In this document: piece by piece, positions 51,144 to 64,000 of the stretch
Numbering within the stretch: the first letter of the stretch is position 1
Layout of the letters: every line of letters starts with the position of its first letter
Origin: Eledone cirrhosa
Taxonomy: Eukaryota
NCBI GenBank assembly: GCA_964016885.1
Contig: OZ024742.1
Coordinates: 355,136,001 to 355,200,000, forward strand
DNA length: 64,000 bases
Reading direction: 5' to 3'
Notes under the pieces: model-generated
What the model was told of the DNA's origin: nothing
The model's input: only the letters and a program-made list of their open reading frames with translations
The model's database searches: none
Made by a program: the position numbers and the translations under genes

Positions 51144-53760
51144 TGTGTCGAGGTGCTGTGACTTGGTGATCTTACTGTGGTTCGTTATTCCTATGATGTC
51201 TGCTAGGTTAGGAGTAGTAGAGAAGGATATTTTTATATTGTTCCTATTAAGAATATTTCTATACCTATAGTTGGGCGGGATGTTCTTCTCTAAGGCTTCG
51301 AAGAATATCCGGGGTATGTTGGAGGACACACTCCGAGAGTAGGGCGGGTGGAACCATAGGACGTTACGGTGGCGATTGCGTGTCCTTGTACGTTTGCTAC
51401 GGGTGGTTCCATCCAGGTTACCGTTCTTATGTATGTTAATGAGCTGCAGCCCGTTAGGTGCCCCTTTCACTTTATGCTCGGGTGCACTCTTCTTACCTCT
51501 TCCATGTTTATGTACAGGAAGATGTTGGTTGGAAGGCGTTGGTAGTAGGCCGTCGCCTTTGTTGATGTTGTAGTAAGGGAATAGTTCGAGTAATATACAG
51601 TGGTCACCGTCGCCGGGGTCGTGATTTTAGTGAGATTATCTATTCTATTATATCCGACTCCAACGAGGTCGCCGCGTGATCGGTTATAGGTATGGCTTAC
51701 TATAACGTTCGTTTTAGAGGGGGTGGTTTCTAGAGCTAGAGTTAGGGACGTAGGAAATTCCTCGGTTAAAGCCGGCGCTTATCAAGGCCCTATTGTAGTA
51801 ATCTGCCGCTTGGTTGAAGATATCCTCATTGGCGGATAGAATCTCGAGACTATCCGCCAATGAGGATATATTCAAACAAGCGGCAGATTACTACAGTAGG
51901 GCTTTGATAAGCGCCGGTTATAACCAAGGAATTTCCTACATCCTTAACGCTAGCTCTAGAACCCCCCCCCCCCCCCTCATAAAAGGAACGTGATAGTAAG
52001 CCATACATATAACCGACCACGCGGCGTCCTCATTGGAGTCGGATATAATAGAATACATAATCGCACTAAAGATCTCGACCACGGCGACGGTAACTACTGT
52101 AGATTACTCGAACTAATCCCTTACTACAAAATCAACAAAGGCGATGGCCTACTAACGACGCCTTCCAACCAACATATTCCTGTACATAAACATAGAAGAG
52201 GGAAGAAGAGTGCATCCGAGCATAAAGTGAAAGGGGCAACTAACGGGCTACAGCGCATTAACATACATAAGAACGGTAACCTGGATGGACCCACCCGTAG
52301 CAAACATACGAGGACACGTAATCGCCACCGTAACGTCCTATGGGTCCACCCTCGCCCCCTACTCTCGGAGTGTGGCCTCCAACATACCCCGCATATTCTT
52401 CGAAGCCTTAGAGAAGAACTTCCCGCCCAACCATAGGTATAGAAAAATTATTGATAGGAACAATATAAAAATATTCTTCTCTACTACTCCTAACCTAGCA
52501 GACATCATAGGAACAACGAACCACAGTAAGATCACCAAGACACAGCACCTCGACACAGACGCACCTACACCTGACAATAATTATATCGGCCTTAACAACT
52601 TCCTAGCAGCATTCAATAGTGTTGGCAACGGCCTCCGAAGACGCAACCAGCATAACCGCGAAATGACTGGGGAACATGCAGGACATGACGTGCGGAATAA
52701 CAATCGTACCACCCCGCGTGCTGTGGGTTGTAATGGTGCTAACGACAGCTGCGGAAGCGTAGATAACAACGTAGGCAGCAACTTTGTTAGCCCTACCGTG
52801 GAAAATGGATGGAACCGCGACATAATTTACAACTGCCGCGACAGAGGACGCAGCCTCCTTAGAGGATACTGCGTGACTGATAGGGTTATATATAGATGCA
52901 CTGTAACTAGCCACAATAGCGTTAAACATTATATAGGGGCTACCTCCAGCCCGTTCAAAATTCGGTTTCGAACACATCTCCACTCTTTCACAAATAAAAC
53001 ATTAAGACATCTACCCCACTTCGGTCTCGGACTACATCACATCACTAAACGACTTAAACATCAGGTTCTCCACGCACTGGGTTATTGTCGGCAGGGCTGC
53101 ACCGTACAACTTCATGAGGAAGTGCGATCTTTGCCTCATGGTGCTCTACCACATCATAACTGCACCCCAGGAGCTCATCAACAGCAGAGCTGAAACAGCT
53201 ATAATTTGAACACATCGCTTAAAAATATCCTTCTTTAGATGGGTTAAGGATGAGGAGTGAAACGGTGCACCGGATCTCTCTGCAACAAGTTTTAACACCC
53301 CGGCAGGCAGGCGCAGAAAAATAACACCCAGGAATCTAACCACGCATACCAGACCCAGCCTCAAACGACCCAGACAAACAGAAGTGGCAACAGACGTCTC
53401 AAAATAAGTGTTGGTTACATGACCATGTGCGTACCGACAATGGTAAGTTGTAACCGCATCGTGTAACGGATAAACATTTGTCCGGGAAAGACTGCCCTAA
53501 CACCGGCCAGAGATACCTCCCTTGACATGCTGCAAAATCAAAATACGCTATTGTTGCGAGAAATGAAGCTTGACATGAACTTAACCCTAAAAGCACTTTC
53601 CGAGCAATGTAAGGGACACCTCTGGTTATTTATGCCCTGGATAATCCCAACTGGGCGAAACCTATGTAGGTGCTGTTTTAAATAAACATGTTTTAACGGT
53701 CTATTCTCCGATGTCTTACTTTTCCACGTGATTACGCTCTTCTAACTCTCTAGCCCACTA
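51144..53760 (+). mobile_element. Penelope-like element family 2 (Naiad-like), 5'-truncated with an inverted duplication of about 700 bp centred near 51845
   Basis: SRLSANEDIF..A..Y..AL..AGY, WFHPPYS..V.SNI, F...HRYRKI..RNNIKI, NCR....LL.GYC, and GIY-YIG VIYRCTV...YIGAT...FK.RF..H. 51144-51845 mirrors 51846-52557. Confidence 0.85.
53632..53673 (+). ncRNA. Degenerate hammerhead motif at the 3' end of PLE family 2
   Basis: TGCCC-TGGATAA-tCCCA-ac-TGGGc-GAAA-C-ctat-G-TA-GGTGC. Confidence 0.45.
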
Positions 53761-53954
53761 AATATTAACACTTCGAATATTTAATGCTGCCGGAACTAGT
53801 ATCGAGCACCTTTGGCATACGCTACTTGGCAAATAACTACATGTATCACCTATCCTCCCCTTTCTTTTTCTCTCTCTCGATACGTAAATACTGTATATAT
53901 ATATATAATTCAAGAAAGAAGAGTGATATGGTTCGCTATATAATAAGGGCTTTA

Positions 53955-54123
53955 TTCGCATTGCTGACAATTGTTTCTTTGATCTGGTAGGACTAGAGTC
54001 CGCTACCCGCCTGATTTTGCGTCAATCGATCTCCAATACTTTGTTTATAACCAGTCGTTTTCATCAGGCGGGTAGCGAACTCTAGACCTACCAGATCAAA
54101 GAAATAATTGTCAGCAATGTGAA
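53955..54123. repeat. Inverted repeat, arms of about 61 bp with a 47-nt spacer
   Basis: 53955-54015 versus 54063-54123, about 4 mismatches. Confidence 0.9.
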
Positions 54124-54202
54124 CAATATATTTGTCAGATGAAAATATATTTGTAACCTAATTTTGTATATATCAGCTAAATGCCCTCACCAAATGTAAT
54201 CC

Positions 54203-54385
54203 CGGATTGGCAGTATCGGTAGAGAGTCGGACGCCATGATTTGAAGCATAGAGTTACGTTCCTTTATGATCTGAGTTCAAATCTCGCCGAGGTTAACTTT
54301 GCCTTTCATATTTACGGGGTCGATAAAATAAAGTACCAGTAATGTACTGGGTATTTCTGGACTTGTGCCTAAAATAGAAACAATT
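54203..54385 (+). mobile_element. Nin/Deu-domain tRNA-SINE
   Basis: TTGGCAGTATCGG, GTTCAAATC, GCCTTTCAT...GGGGTCGATAAAATAAAGTACC, and the TAGAAACAATTAT end. Confidence 0.85.
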
Positions 54386-55503
54386 ATATTTGTAAAAATG
54401 ATGCAGTGAACAATAAAGGTAAAATATAGGAAAGAAGTGATGATCATGGCCGGAATGTCATTGAGGACAGATATATTCCAATAACAACACAACCTTGGGA
54501 TAGGATATTACATCCTGTATATAATTAATGTGGTATGGGAATATTTGAAATCAGATTTTTCTGTGGAGGATGTGTACAATGTATCCACACTCTTAAGGTT
54601 TCCAACACCTCACTCCATATTTGGAATATAATGCAAGAACATTTATTTATAATTTCAAGAAAATCTGCGGTAAGATTATTGCAGCAAAACCACATATCAT
54701 TCACTAAAGTGATATCATATTATGATAATTCTGCTAAAATTAAAAAAATCAAGTAAGTTAATCAGGTATGCAATGTCTTGAGCTGTGAAATGTTTCTCTT
54801 AAATATATATGAGCAATAATGAAAATGAGAAGACCAGTTAAAATTGCTGCAAAATCATCAAAAGTATTCATCCAGGTGTGCTTTTAGATGCATATGGTTT
54901 TAAGAAGGAAAAAAAAACTATAAGAGTTGTAATAAATACTTGTGGAACATATCTGCTAATCTATTTTGGATATATTGTTAGCTTCATCTACAACAGCTAT
55001 ATCAACTAATAGACACGAAGTTGAATGGGGATATACACAGATTACTGTGTACAAATCCATATGGTTTAATTCCTATACATAGATGATCGCTCCGTTGTGT
55101 ATAAACGGTGTCACTTCACTGATTTTCGCTCACAAAAGGAAAGAGATTTCAGGTCAATATTCTCCACGAAATTGTTGTTTTTTATTGAAACTACATCAAT
55201 AGTCCAGATGGTACGAGTAGACGGTCCCTCTAGAGATTTTATTTCAATAGAATTCATGGACAAATATTTCTAGAGTAACAATTTTAAGATGTTCGTGTGA
55301 TTTAGAGAGTTTGAGATGCGGGGAAACTTTGTAACTATGATATAATAGACATTACACTGTCCGGCATGTTCATCTCTATTTTCCCTTCTCATCTTTTATA
55401 AGGCTCTATGTCATTCTTCTTTGTCTAACCGTTCCACTGCAGCCTATATTACTCTTTACTGTTTTTCTGTTTCTATTCCTTCCTATCGTTATATACATGA
55501 TTG

Positions 55504-55650
55504 TGAAGGCGCATGGTTTAGTGGTTCGAGCATTGGGCTTGCAAGCGAAATGTTGTGAGTTCAATTCTCAGACAGGGTGATGTGTTGTTTCCTTGAGCAA
55601 GATAATTTATTTCACGTTGCTCCAGTTTACTCAGCTGTAGAAATGGGATG
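55504..55650 (+). mobile_element. tRNA-SINE family 2 (CORE-like body)
   Basis: A box TGGTTTAGTGG, B box GAGTTCAATTC, then CCTTGAGCAAG...CTCCAGTTTACTCAGCTGTAGAAATG. Confidence 0.75.
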
Positions 55651-56519
55651 ATAGGACTGGGGTCCCTATAATTAAATCACCCAAGACACCTCCAACGAGA
55701 TATAGTTTGGAAGAGGCCAGCTAAACCTGCATAGGTGTGAGCTGTCAAACACATACATGATCTGCAAATCCTTAATCACAGACCGTATAACCACTGATAC
55801 ATGTAAAATGAACCTACTACTTTGATCAGAAATATCAACTGAGTAAGTTTAAATTCCTATATAAAATAGATTGGAAGAACACCGTTATTTGAAATATTAA
55901 TTTAGAGGACTATGAATATATCCAAATAGTTGTGCAGTCTACTTTATATGTGCGGCAAATAGACTCAGTCGTTAGAACCTCGGATAGAGTGCATCGCGGT
56001 ATTATTCCCGCTCTCTGCTCTCTCAAATGAAATCACAACGAGATTAAGTTTCCTTCATTCGAGGTCAATAATAAATATGTCAGTCAAGTACTGTGGTGCA
56101 TTATTCCTATGTATCTCTTTCTCACTTCATTACTCTCACTCACTATTCTTCTGGGGAAGAAATCTTCTGTACCCAGGACTGGGAGGGGATGACCTGCACA
56201 GGTATAAAACAAATGCACTAAGAAACGTCGACAAATAGATGGCTCCGGACAAATAGATAATTATGGTTGCATTTGATATTTATGCATAGTGTTTATATAA
56301 AACATTATATTGTAATCAAACATTTTCTTTATAGGATATTTCATGTAAATACAGTTCAATAGAAGAAGAAAAAAAGAAAATTTAGATTGAGAAGAATGGA
56401 ATGTAAAACACGAAAATATAAAGAAAAAAGATGAATTAAAAAGAAAACCGAAAAGGGGAATGAATGGCAAATACTCTAGTCCCACAGAACATTGGTAATG
56501 GGGAGGGGAAGGATGATTG

Positions 56520-57310
56520 TGCTCTGGACTTAGGGGCTGACCGTAAATGTGCTGCGCCCCACGTAAAAGACCGCGAAAGCATTCCCGCGGATAATGGGTC
56601 GCGGCAACCACTGTAACAGCCACCACACCATACAAAACTCCTGCCTCAGACAGGCCAACGCCATTCCGATCTTGGGAAGGAGCTCGAACGTATGGGGTCC
56701 AAATACGCCCTTGGTCTCGACGGCGACCTGTGCGAAGAGCAAGTGGCCGACAATCCTAAGTATTTGTTTATTTTATTTCCTCTGAATGGCGGGCCGTGTT
56801 ACCGACGTTTCTGGCCGAAGTGACTATGTTGGAGGCGGAGAACGTGTCGCAACCGGTGGCGACCCAGATGAGGGATCTATCTCCTTCGAATGGGAAGAGA
56901 GTGATTGAATCAAGATGCTTGCCATCTCCCCGGTCAAGTCTTCCTGGCTCCAGTTGTGATAGAAAGCCAGCAGCGTCCAGGCTCCGTCTCAGTATGTCAT
57001 TGATAGTAGCGTGTCGGAGGAACCGACCTGTGCTCTGATGGCAAGACAGTGGGTGCAGGTCGAACTTGTCAACAACTGCCCCACAACGTCATTTGTGTGG
57101 CTCACAAACGCGGAGGTTGAAGGTTTGGGCTACTCCGATGCAAGTGCACTCGTCAACAAGAAAGGAACCGGTTGATGATATGGGCACCGATTTGAGTTAC
57201 GCGCCATTGTTGGGCTGAGAAGTGGGGCGGATGCAGGCAAGGTGGTGTTGGTCCAATACATACTCGAACCACTTGAAGGAAGACCTGCATTTGTTATCGT
57301 CCCGCGGAAA
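56520..57310 (-). mobile_element. CRE-clade-like RLE non-LTR retrotransposon 3' fragment
   Basis: Minus strand CGAVVDKFDLHPLSCHQSTGRFLRHATINDILRRSLDAAG..LEPGRLDRGDGKHLD..LIW...DT, K..KY, VAVETKGVFG, IIRGNA. Confidence 0.8.
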
Positions 57311-58247
57311 TATCATAGGCATAAAATATAAGTAAACGTTTCCCTTGCTATTTCAGGGACTAGTAGGATAAAGAACTGGTTACGTAATGTGTTTGATGTA
57401 ATACAATGTACCACTTCTTCTAATGTATGCGTTGTAGCAATGGAAGAATTGAAAATGTACATATGTAAATATGTACAATAAATATATAGGTTTATAGAAA
57501 CCACACACCTAGAAAGGTACAGTAAAACATGTTCCAGACAAAGTGTGACATCAGTTAGATAAAACTTTATAAACTAATACGAAAACTACGTTTTCGGCTC
57601 GTTTCGGCGTTCTAGTGAAACGCTACATAAACTCAGTGACAAAATATTTCCTTTCTATACTGTAATAAATAACATCCCAAAGAAAATAATTCGAAACACT
57701 TTAATGACGGTTAGACGTGTATTTCAGAAAATCTTTCGTCGCAAAAAGAAACAAATTTGTCTTTGGACAAAAATAAATACACAACAAGTGTAGTCCAAGA
57801 ATAAACTTAATTCAAATTTATTGCATCTTTAATACACGTGGTCTTCCCGTTCTTTGGTCGTATATCATCATTCTGATTTCAACCATTTCCTTAACAGAAA
57901 TTTCTTGTCAATTTGTTGTCAGTAATTATATTTGTATCGAATTCGTGTATTGAGCAGCTTCTACAGACTTCGAATGATATATCATTTAAATGCTTGATTG
58001 AGTAATCCCATATACTCGCCATTTTACATATCTCATGCGAGTTATTCTCCTGAATTATGGAAATCAACTTAAACACGGATTTCAGGTATATTTATAAGCT
58101 TCAAGAATTAGATAGACATTACTACTACCTCTAGAGTTTTTATGTTCTGCTCATTTGGACAATTGAACAGAATTTGGTATATATGCAGAGGGAAGATATA
58201 TATCAACTGTATCATATGTTGCATGTACACACTCATGCAAACACACA

Positions 58248-58284
<37 letters not shown>

Positions 58285-58408
58285 GGAAAATTTGAACAGG
58301 AACGAAACAGAGAGGCAGTACAACGAATGTTTATATATATATATATAATATATATATAATATATATAAGTAATATATATAATATATATATATATAATATA
58401 TATATATA

Positions 58409-58440
<32 letters not shown>

Positions 58441-58455
58441 AATATATATATATAT

Positions 58456-58572
58456 AACGGAGGTGTTGTGGTAAGGAACCAGATGGAACATAAGCCACCA
58501 GAGTAGTCAATACTCCAGAAATAGCCGTGGAAACTGCTTGAGCTCTGCCATCGGGGTCATAGATGGTCCTAT
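58456..58572. repeat. Rearranged diverged copy of the 41.1 kb fold-back family, within (TA)n
   Basis: 58456-58515 resembles the reverse complement of 41205-41263. 58515-58572 resembles 41129-41186. Confidence 0.75.
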
Positions 58573-58699
58573 ATATATATATATATACAGAGGGAGAGAG
58601 AGAGAGAAATGTACATATGTATATATGCAAATATACATACACACACACATGTGTGTGTGTTTGTGTGTGCTCGTGCGTGTGTGTGTGGGGGGCTGTATG

Positions 58700-60230
<1,531 letters not shown>

Positions 60231-60479
60231 ATGAACTTGACTATACTATGACACAGTGATGGTGGCCTTCCTCATGTTTAGACATGTCTTGCAGACTAGC
60301 TTCTCCAGCAGATGGACCATGCTTGGAAATCTATAGAAGCTGCAGGTTATTGCTACCACAGTAACAAATGAGGAGACATCACAAAATTGAGATAACTATC
60401 ACCAAATACTAATGAATAGCTAAAGTATGTATATATCTTATATAAATATTAAATATCAAATGATATATATATTTATTTA

Positions 60480-60520
<41 letters not shown>

Positions 60521-60523
<3 letters not shown>

Positions 60524-60985
60524 TGTATATATAGTGTATTTTGAAATACACTGTATGCTTAATCAAAAGCATTTCGAAGACGTTACGCTATTGCTTTAGA
60601 GTAGTGACAGTCTCATTTAATTACTTTAATTTTACTTTAATTTTACTTTAATTTTCAGCAAACATGGGAGATAAAGCTGACAGAGCTATGTTTCGCACTT
60701 GTTGGTGCTTATCACAGCTAACTACTCCGCCTGTTTGCTGAAAATCATGGAAAGCATTTCGAAGACTTTACGTTATTGTTTTAGAGTAGTGACAGACTCA
60801 CTTACATTAATGTTCAGCTTTGATAAGCACCAAAAACTGCGAAACAGAGATCTGTCAGCTTTATCTCCCTTGTTTGCTGAAAATTAAGGTAAGTGAGACT
60901 GTCACTACTCTAAAACGATAGCGTAAGGTCTTGGAAATGCTTTTAATTAAGCATACAGTGTATTGCAAAATACATTATATATTCA
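60521..60985. mobile_element. Hammerhead-bearing fold-back element (probable non-autonomous PLE derivative) in (TA)n
   Basis: Arms about 60521-60720 and about 60815-60985. The spacer contains further partial copies of the arm. Confidence 0.8.
60816..60860 (+). ncRNA. Complete type I hammerhead ribozyme motif, U3-A8 variant
   Basis: AGCT-TTGATAA-GCA-ccaaaaac-TGC-GAAA-CAGA-ga-TCTG-TC-AGCT. GUC site with C at 60856. Mutated mirror copy at about 60675-60719. Confidence 0.85.
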
Positions 60986-61049
60986 CTCATATATATATCG
61001 CTATTTTAGGGCACCAATTCTAATTATATATATATATATATATATGTAT

Positions 61050-61725
61050 CTAGGACGGGTAAAATTCCTTACATCCAATGGCGAGTTCTCTCCAGCGGTC
61101 TTTGTCCCTCATTATCGCTGCCATTGTCCTGCGTCTCCAACAGACCAGTGTGTGTTCTTAGGGCATCACAATATATTAACCATGGTTTCCACTTCCTGTG
61201 TGTTCATGCAGGGGCTTCCACAGGAGCACTGAGTGAAGTGTCAAGTCTGGATATCGGTGAGCATATCCAGCTGACATCAGTTTCCTCTGTGTCACTTTCG
61301 AGCTGACATTTGGGAGACGCCATACAGCTCTGAGTTCTTCATCCTCAGTTTATACTAATTAATGTTCAGCGCCATTCTCAGAATTCTTGCGTAGCACCCA
61401 TCCACCATCTGTGTGAGTCGATCAGTGTGGGACTCAGAATGAATGAGATTAAGACAAAGTATCTGGAAGAAAATATTGAGAAGCCAGAGAGGATTACAAA
61501 TGTAGGAGGGAAGCGCTAGAATTGGTTGACGGCTTCCTGTATTAGGGAGCAAAGATTGAGAATACGGAAGAGGATGTGGTCAAGAGGAAGCCTGGGTGGC
61601 GTGCCACAGCTAGAGACCGGTGTAGCAGACGGATCTTCGTGTAGACCTGAAGATCCGCCTCTTCGTTACTGTAGTGGAGTATGTGCTGCTGTACGGGTCT
61701 GAGACTTGGACCCTGACTAAGAAAC
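61050..61725 (-). mobile_element. RTE-clade LINE 3' portion with a 5' inversion
   Basis: Minus strand 61430-61060: VDGCYARILRMALNI, LLWKP.H, TGL, MRDK..WR. Plus strand 61560-61725: LKIRLF..VVEYVLLYGSETWTLTKK. Confidence 0.8.
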
Positions 61726-61755
61726 CTACCCATAAATATATATATATATATATAT

Positions 61756-61968
61756 GTTATGAATGAGTCAGGAGATCGTCGGCTGAGCTCTTGTCTTTTC
61801 AACACTGAGTTCCATAGACCTGGAGATGGGCGGTTGCAAGGATTGTCGTCCGTGTCAAAACATGGTTTAGGCCACCATCACCTCACCATGTCGAAGCAGA
61901 GCCGAGCTGAACTTGAGAAAGAGACAGAGAGAGATAGAGAGAGAGAGAGAAAGAGTTTATGAGAGAGA

Positions 61969-62006
<38 letters not shown>

Positions 62007-62190
62007 AAAAAGTAAGAGAGAGAGAGAGAGAAAGAGTGAGGGAGAGAGCGAGTAAGTAGCTATCCTGTTTCGTCTGGAACTACCTGTTGAAACGGCAAGA
62101 GATCAGCCGTCGGGATCCTGACTAATTCATGTAACCAGTATCAAGTAATCTAGTGGGTAAATGCCTAACCAGTTTCTAACTACATCATTC
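61756..62190. repeat. Diverged inverted pair of the 41.1 kb family enclosing a (GA)n tract
   Basis: 61756-61814 is an imperfect reverse complement of 62075-62136. 62074-62190 aligns with 41129-41260. Confidence 0.65.
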
Positions 62191-62364
62191 CATATATACA
62201 CACACACATATATATATATATATATATTAGAAAGTGAGGTTTTTTTTACAAAATGAAAAATAACCGAGGTGTCCTACACGAGTGAAAGTATAAAGAAAAA
62301 AAGATGAAATCGAAAATGCAACTGGAGTCTTATTTTAAAAAAATATATATAGATTTATTTGGTT

Positions 62365-62406
62365 CCTTTACCGGTTTCGCAGTTCTTCTGCTTTTCAAAA
62401 GTAGAG
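62365..62406 (-). ncRNA. Minimal hammerhead, U3-A8 variant, intact core
   Basis: Minus strand TTGAAAA-GCAG-aagaa-CTGC-GAAA-CCGG-TA-AAGG. Confidence 0.75.
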
Positions 62407-63425
62407 TTGAGATGGAGGGTCTGTGGTTTTTCTTACATCTGGTTGGTCTCTGAATGTTACTTGTATTATATGGAAAAAGTGGCTCGAAATGCCAGGTTTT
62501 TCGAGAAGTAATTTGATTGGTTGGTCAATAATTATAATAAATTTCGCGCCAGTTCGCGTTACAAAGTTCTTCAAATAAGGGGGGGGGGTTGTCACAGGTT
62601 GTTTTCTTCATATATGAGTGTTTGAACTTCATTTTGCTTAAAAAAATAAACGTAATTTGATTGGTTATAAATGAAATTATGGCTATCACGTGAACAAGTT
62701 TTTATTAAATTTTCGCGTCCTTTTTTGGAAATCCATTCTGTAGCCTTTTAGAGAATGTTATGACAAGTAAAAGATAATGGTCCAGAGAAATTGGATGGGA
62801 GAATTGTTCTGGTTCAGGTAATATGGTTAGTTTGCTGGGGTGTCAGTATTCAGATTTTCTATTGAATAAAGAAAGTAAATATATGTATGTTTATTTGTGT
62901 GCTTGTGTGTGTGTGTGTGTTGTGTGTGTGTGTTTAAATTTCTTTTTACTTAAAAAAAGGGGGCTCACGAAGGCTTTTTTTTAATAAACGTAATTTGATT
63001 GGTTATAAATGAAATTATGGCTGTCACGTGAACAAGTTTTCATTACATTTTCGCGCCCTTATTTGGAAATCTATTCTGTAGAATTTTTGGAGAATTTTAT
63101 GACAAGAAAAAGATAATGGTCAAGATAAATTGTATGGGAGAATTGTTCTGGTTCAGTGAATATGGTTAGTTCGCTAGGGTGTCAGAACTCAGATTGTCTA
63201 TTGAATAAAGAAAGTAAAGATATGTATGTTTAGTTGTGTGCTTGTGCTGTGTGTGTTTGAATTTATTTTCACGAAGGCTTTTTTTTTTTTTTTTTTTTTT
63301 TTTTATAAACGTAATTTGATTGGTTATGCACAATTGTCTCCAATTATGAAACGCGAAATAAAAGACTTCAAGAATTAAAGGAAATTCTACTCGAAAGAGA
63401 GTACCCACTATTACTAATGAATAAT

Positions 63426-63533
63426 TGTTTCTACTTTTGGCACAAGGCCAGCAATTGCCCAGTGTATTACAGGTACTTTATTTTATCCACCTCGTAAGGA
63501 TGAAAGGCAAAGTTAACCTCGGCGGGATTTGAA
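63426..63533 (-). mobile_element. 5'-truncated Nin/Deu SINE inserted in the PLE ORF with a TSD of about 18 bp
   Basis: Flanked by CTATTACTAAT(G/A)AATAAT at 63408-63425 and 63534-63551. Empty site seen at about 49165-49182. Confidence 0.9.
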
Positions 63534-64000
63534 CTATTACTAATAAATAATGGAATAGAAAGGGCTAATGCAATATGTATTGATGAATTACGAAAACAGA
63601 AACAAATTCTAGGTACGTCCAATATTCTATCATATATCTCAACACAACCCAAGAAATGCGGAAGCTTACAACACTATTCACAAGAACATCCCACTACTGA
63701 AACAAAACCCAAGAATGAAAAAAGCCCTTGAAACACACAAAATCAAAAACAAAAGACAACCGAAATCACTGAAAACATTACTCACCAATGCCAAATTACC
63801 TACCACAAACCCACAACCAAGTGTCAAAAAATCTGGTCGCTCTAATTGTGGAACCTGCTCTCACCTCATTGAAGGCATAAACGTATACATTTAAATTAGG
63901 ACAAAATTTTACTGTAAAAAATCACTTCACTTGCTCATCAAATAATCAGGTTTATGCCATTAAATGTAAAGGATGCAATGAAGATTATATAGGACAAACT

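Larger units (their letters stand above)
62228..64000. mobile_element. Second PLE family 1 insertion: tandem partial inverted pLTRs (62228-63328, minus) joined to the 3' part of the ORF (63329-64000, plus, running off the window)
   Basis: Matches 45160-45830 / 50340-51127 and 49085-49635. Confidence 0.9.

Noticed and set aside
53250-53630. SECIS element in the Naiad-like 3' UTR
   Set aside because: No convincing AUGA/GA quartet stem with apical AA could be identified by eye.
57560-58130. Possible Tc1/mariner relic (minus-strand DQRTGRPR)
   Set aside because: Only one short motif, with no TIRs or catalytic domain recognisable.

Overview
AT-rich, repeat-saturated eukaryotic DNA, probably from a mollusc such as an octopus (inferred from the repeat complement). 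No intact host gene is recognisable, only a badly decayed LRR/membrane-receptor-like relic at about 1.5-4.3 kb. There are two retroelement landscapes, each tied to a different microsatellite. (1) About 5-32 kb is a nest of non-LTR elements strung along (AAT)n tracts. Tx1/L1-type elements (APE endonuclease + RT) and a Nin/Deu-domain tRNA-SINE lie on the minus strand, while R4/Dong-type elements (RT + PD-(D/E)xK endonuclease) lie on the plus strand. (2) About 40-64 kb, plus the first 1.5 kb, is dominated by Penelope-like elements (PLEs) and short fold-back (inverted-repeat) elements in (TA)n tracts. Many carry type I hammerhead ribozyme motifs, several with the U3-A8 core variant (UUGANAA), and the inversion junctions repeatedly fall at or inside the hammerhead. 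Fragments of RTE and CRE elements, a piggyBac-type MITE and a possible solo LTR are also present. All retroelement ORFs are interrupted. Boundaries were read by eye and are approximate.
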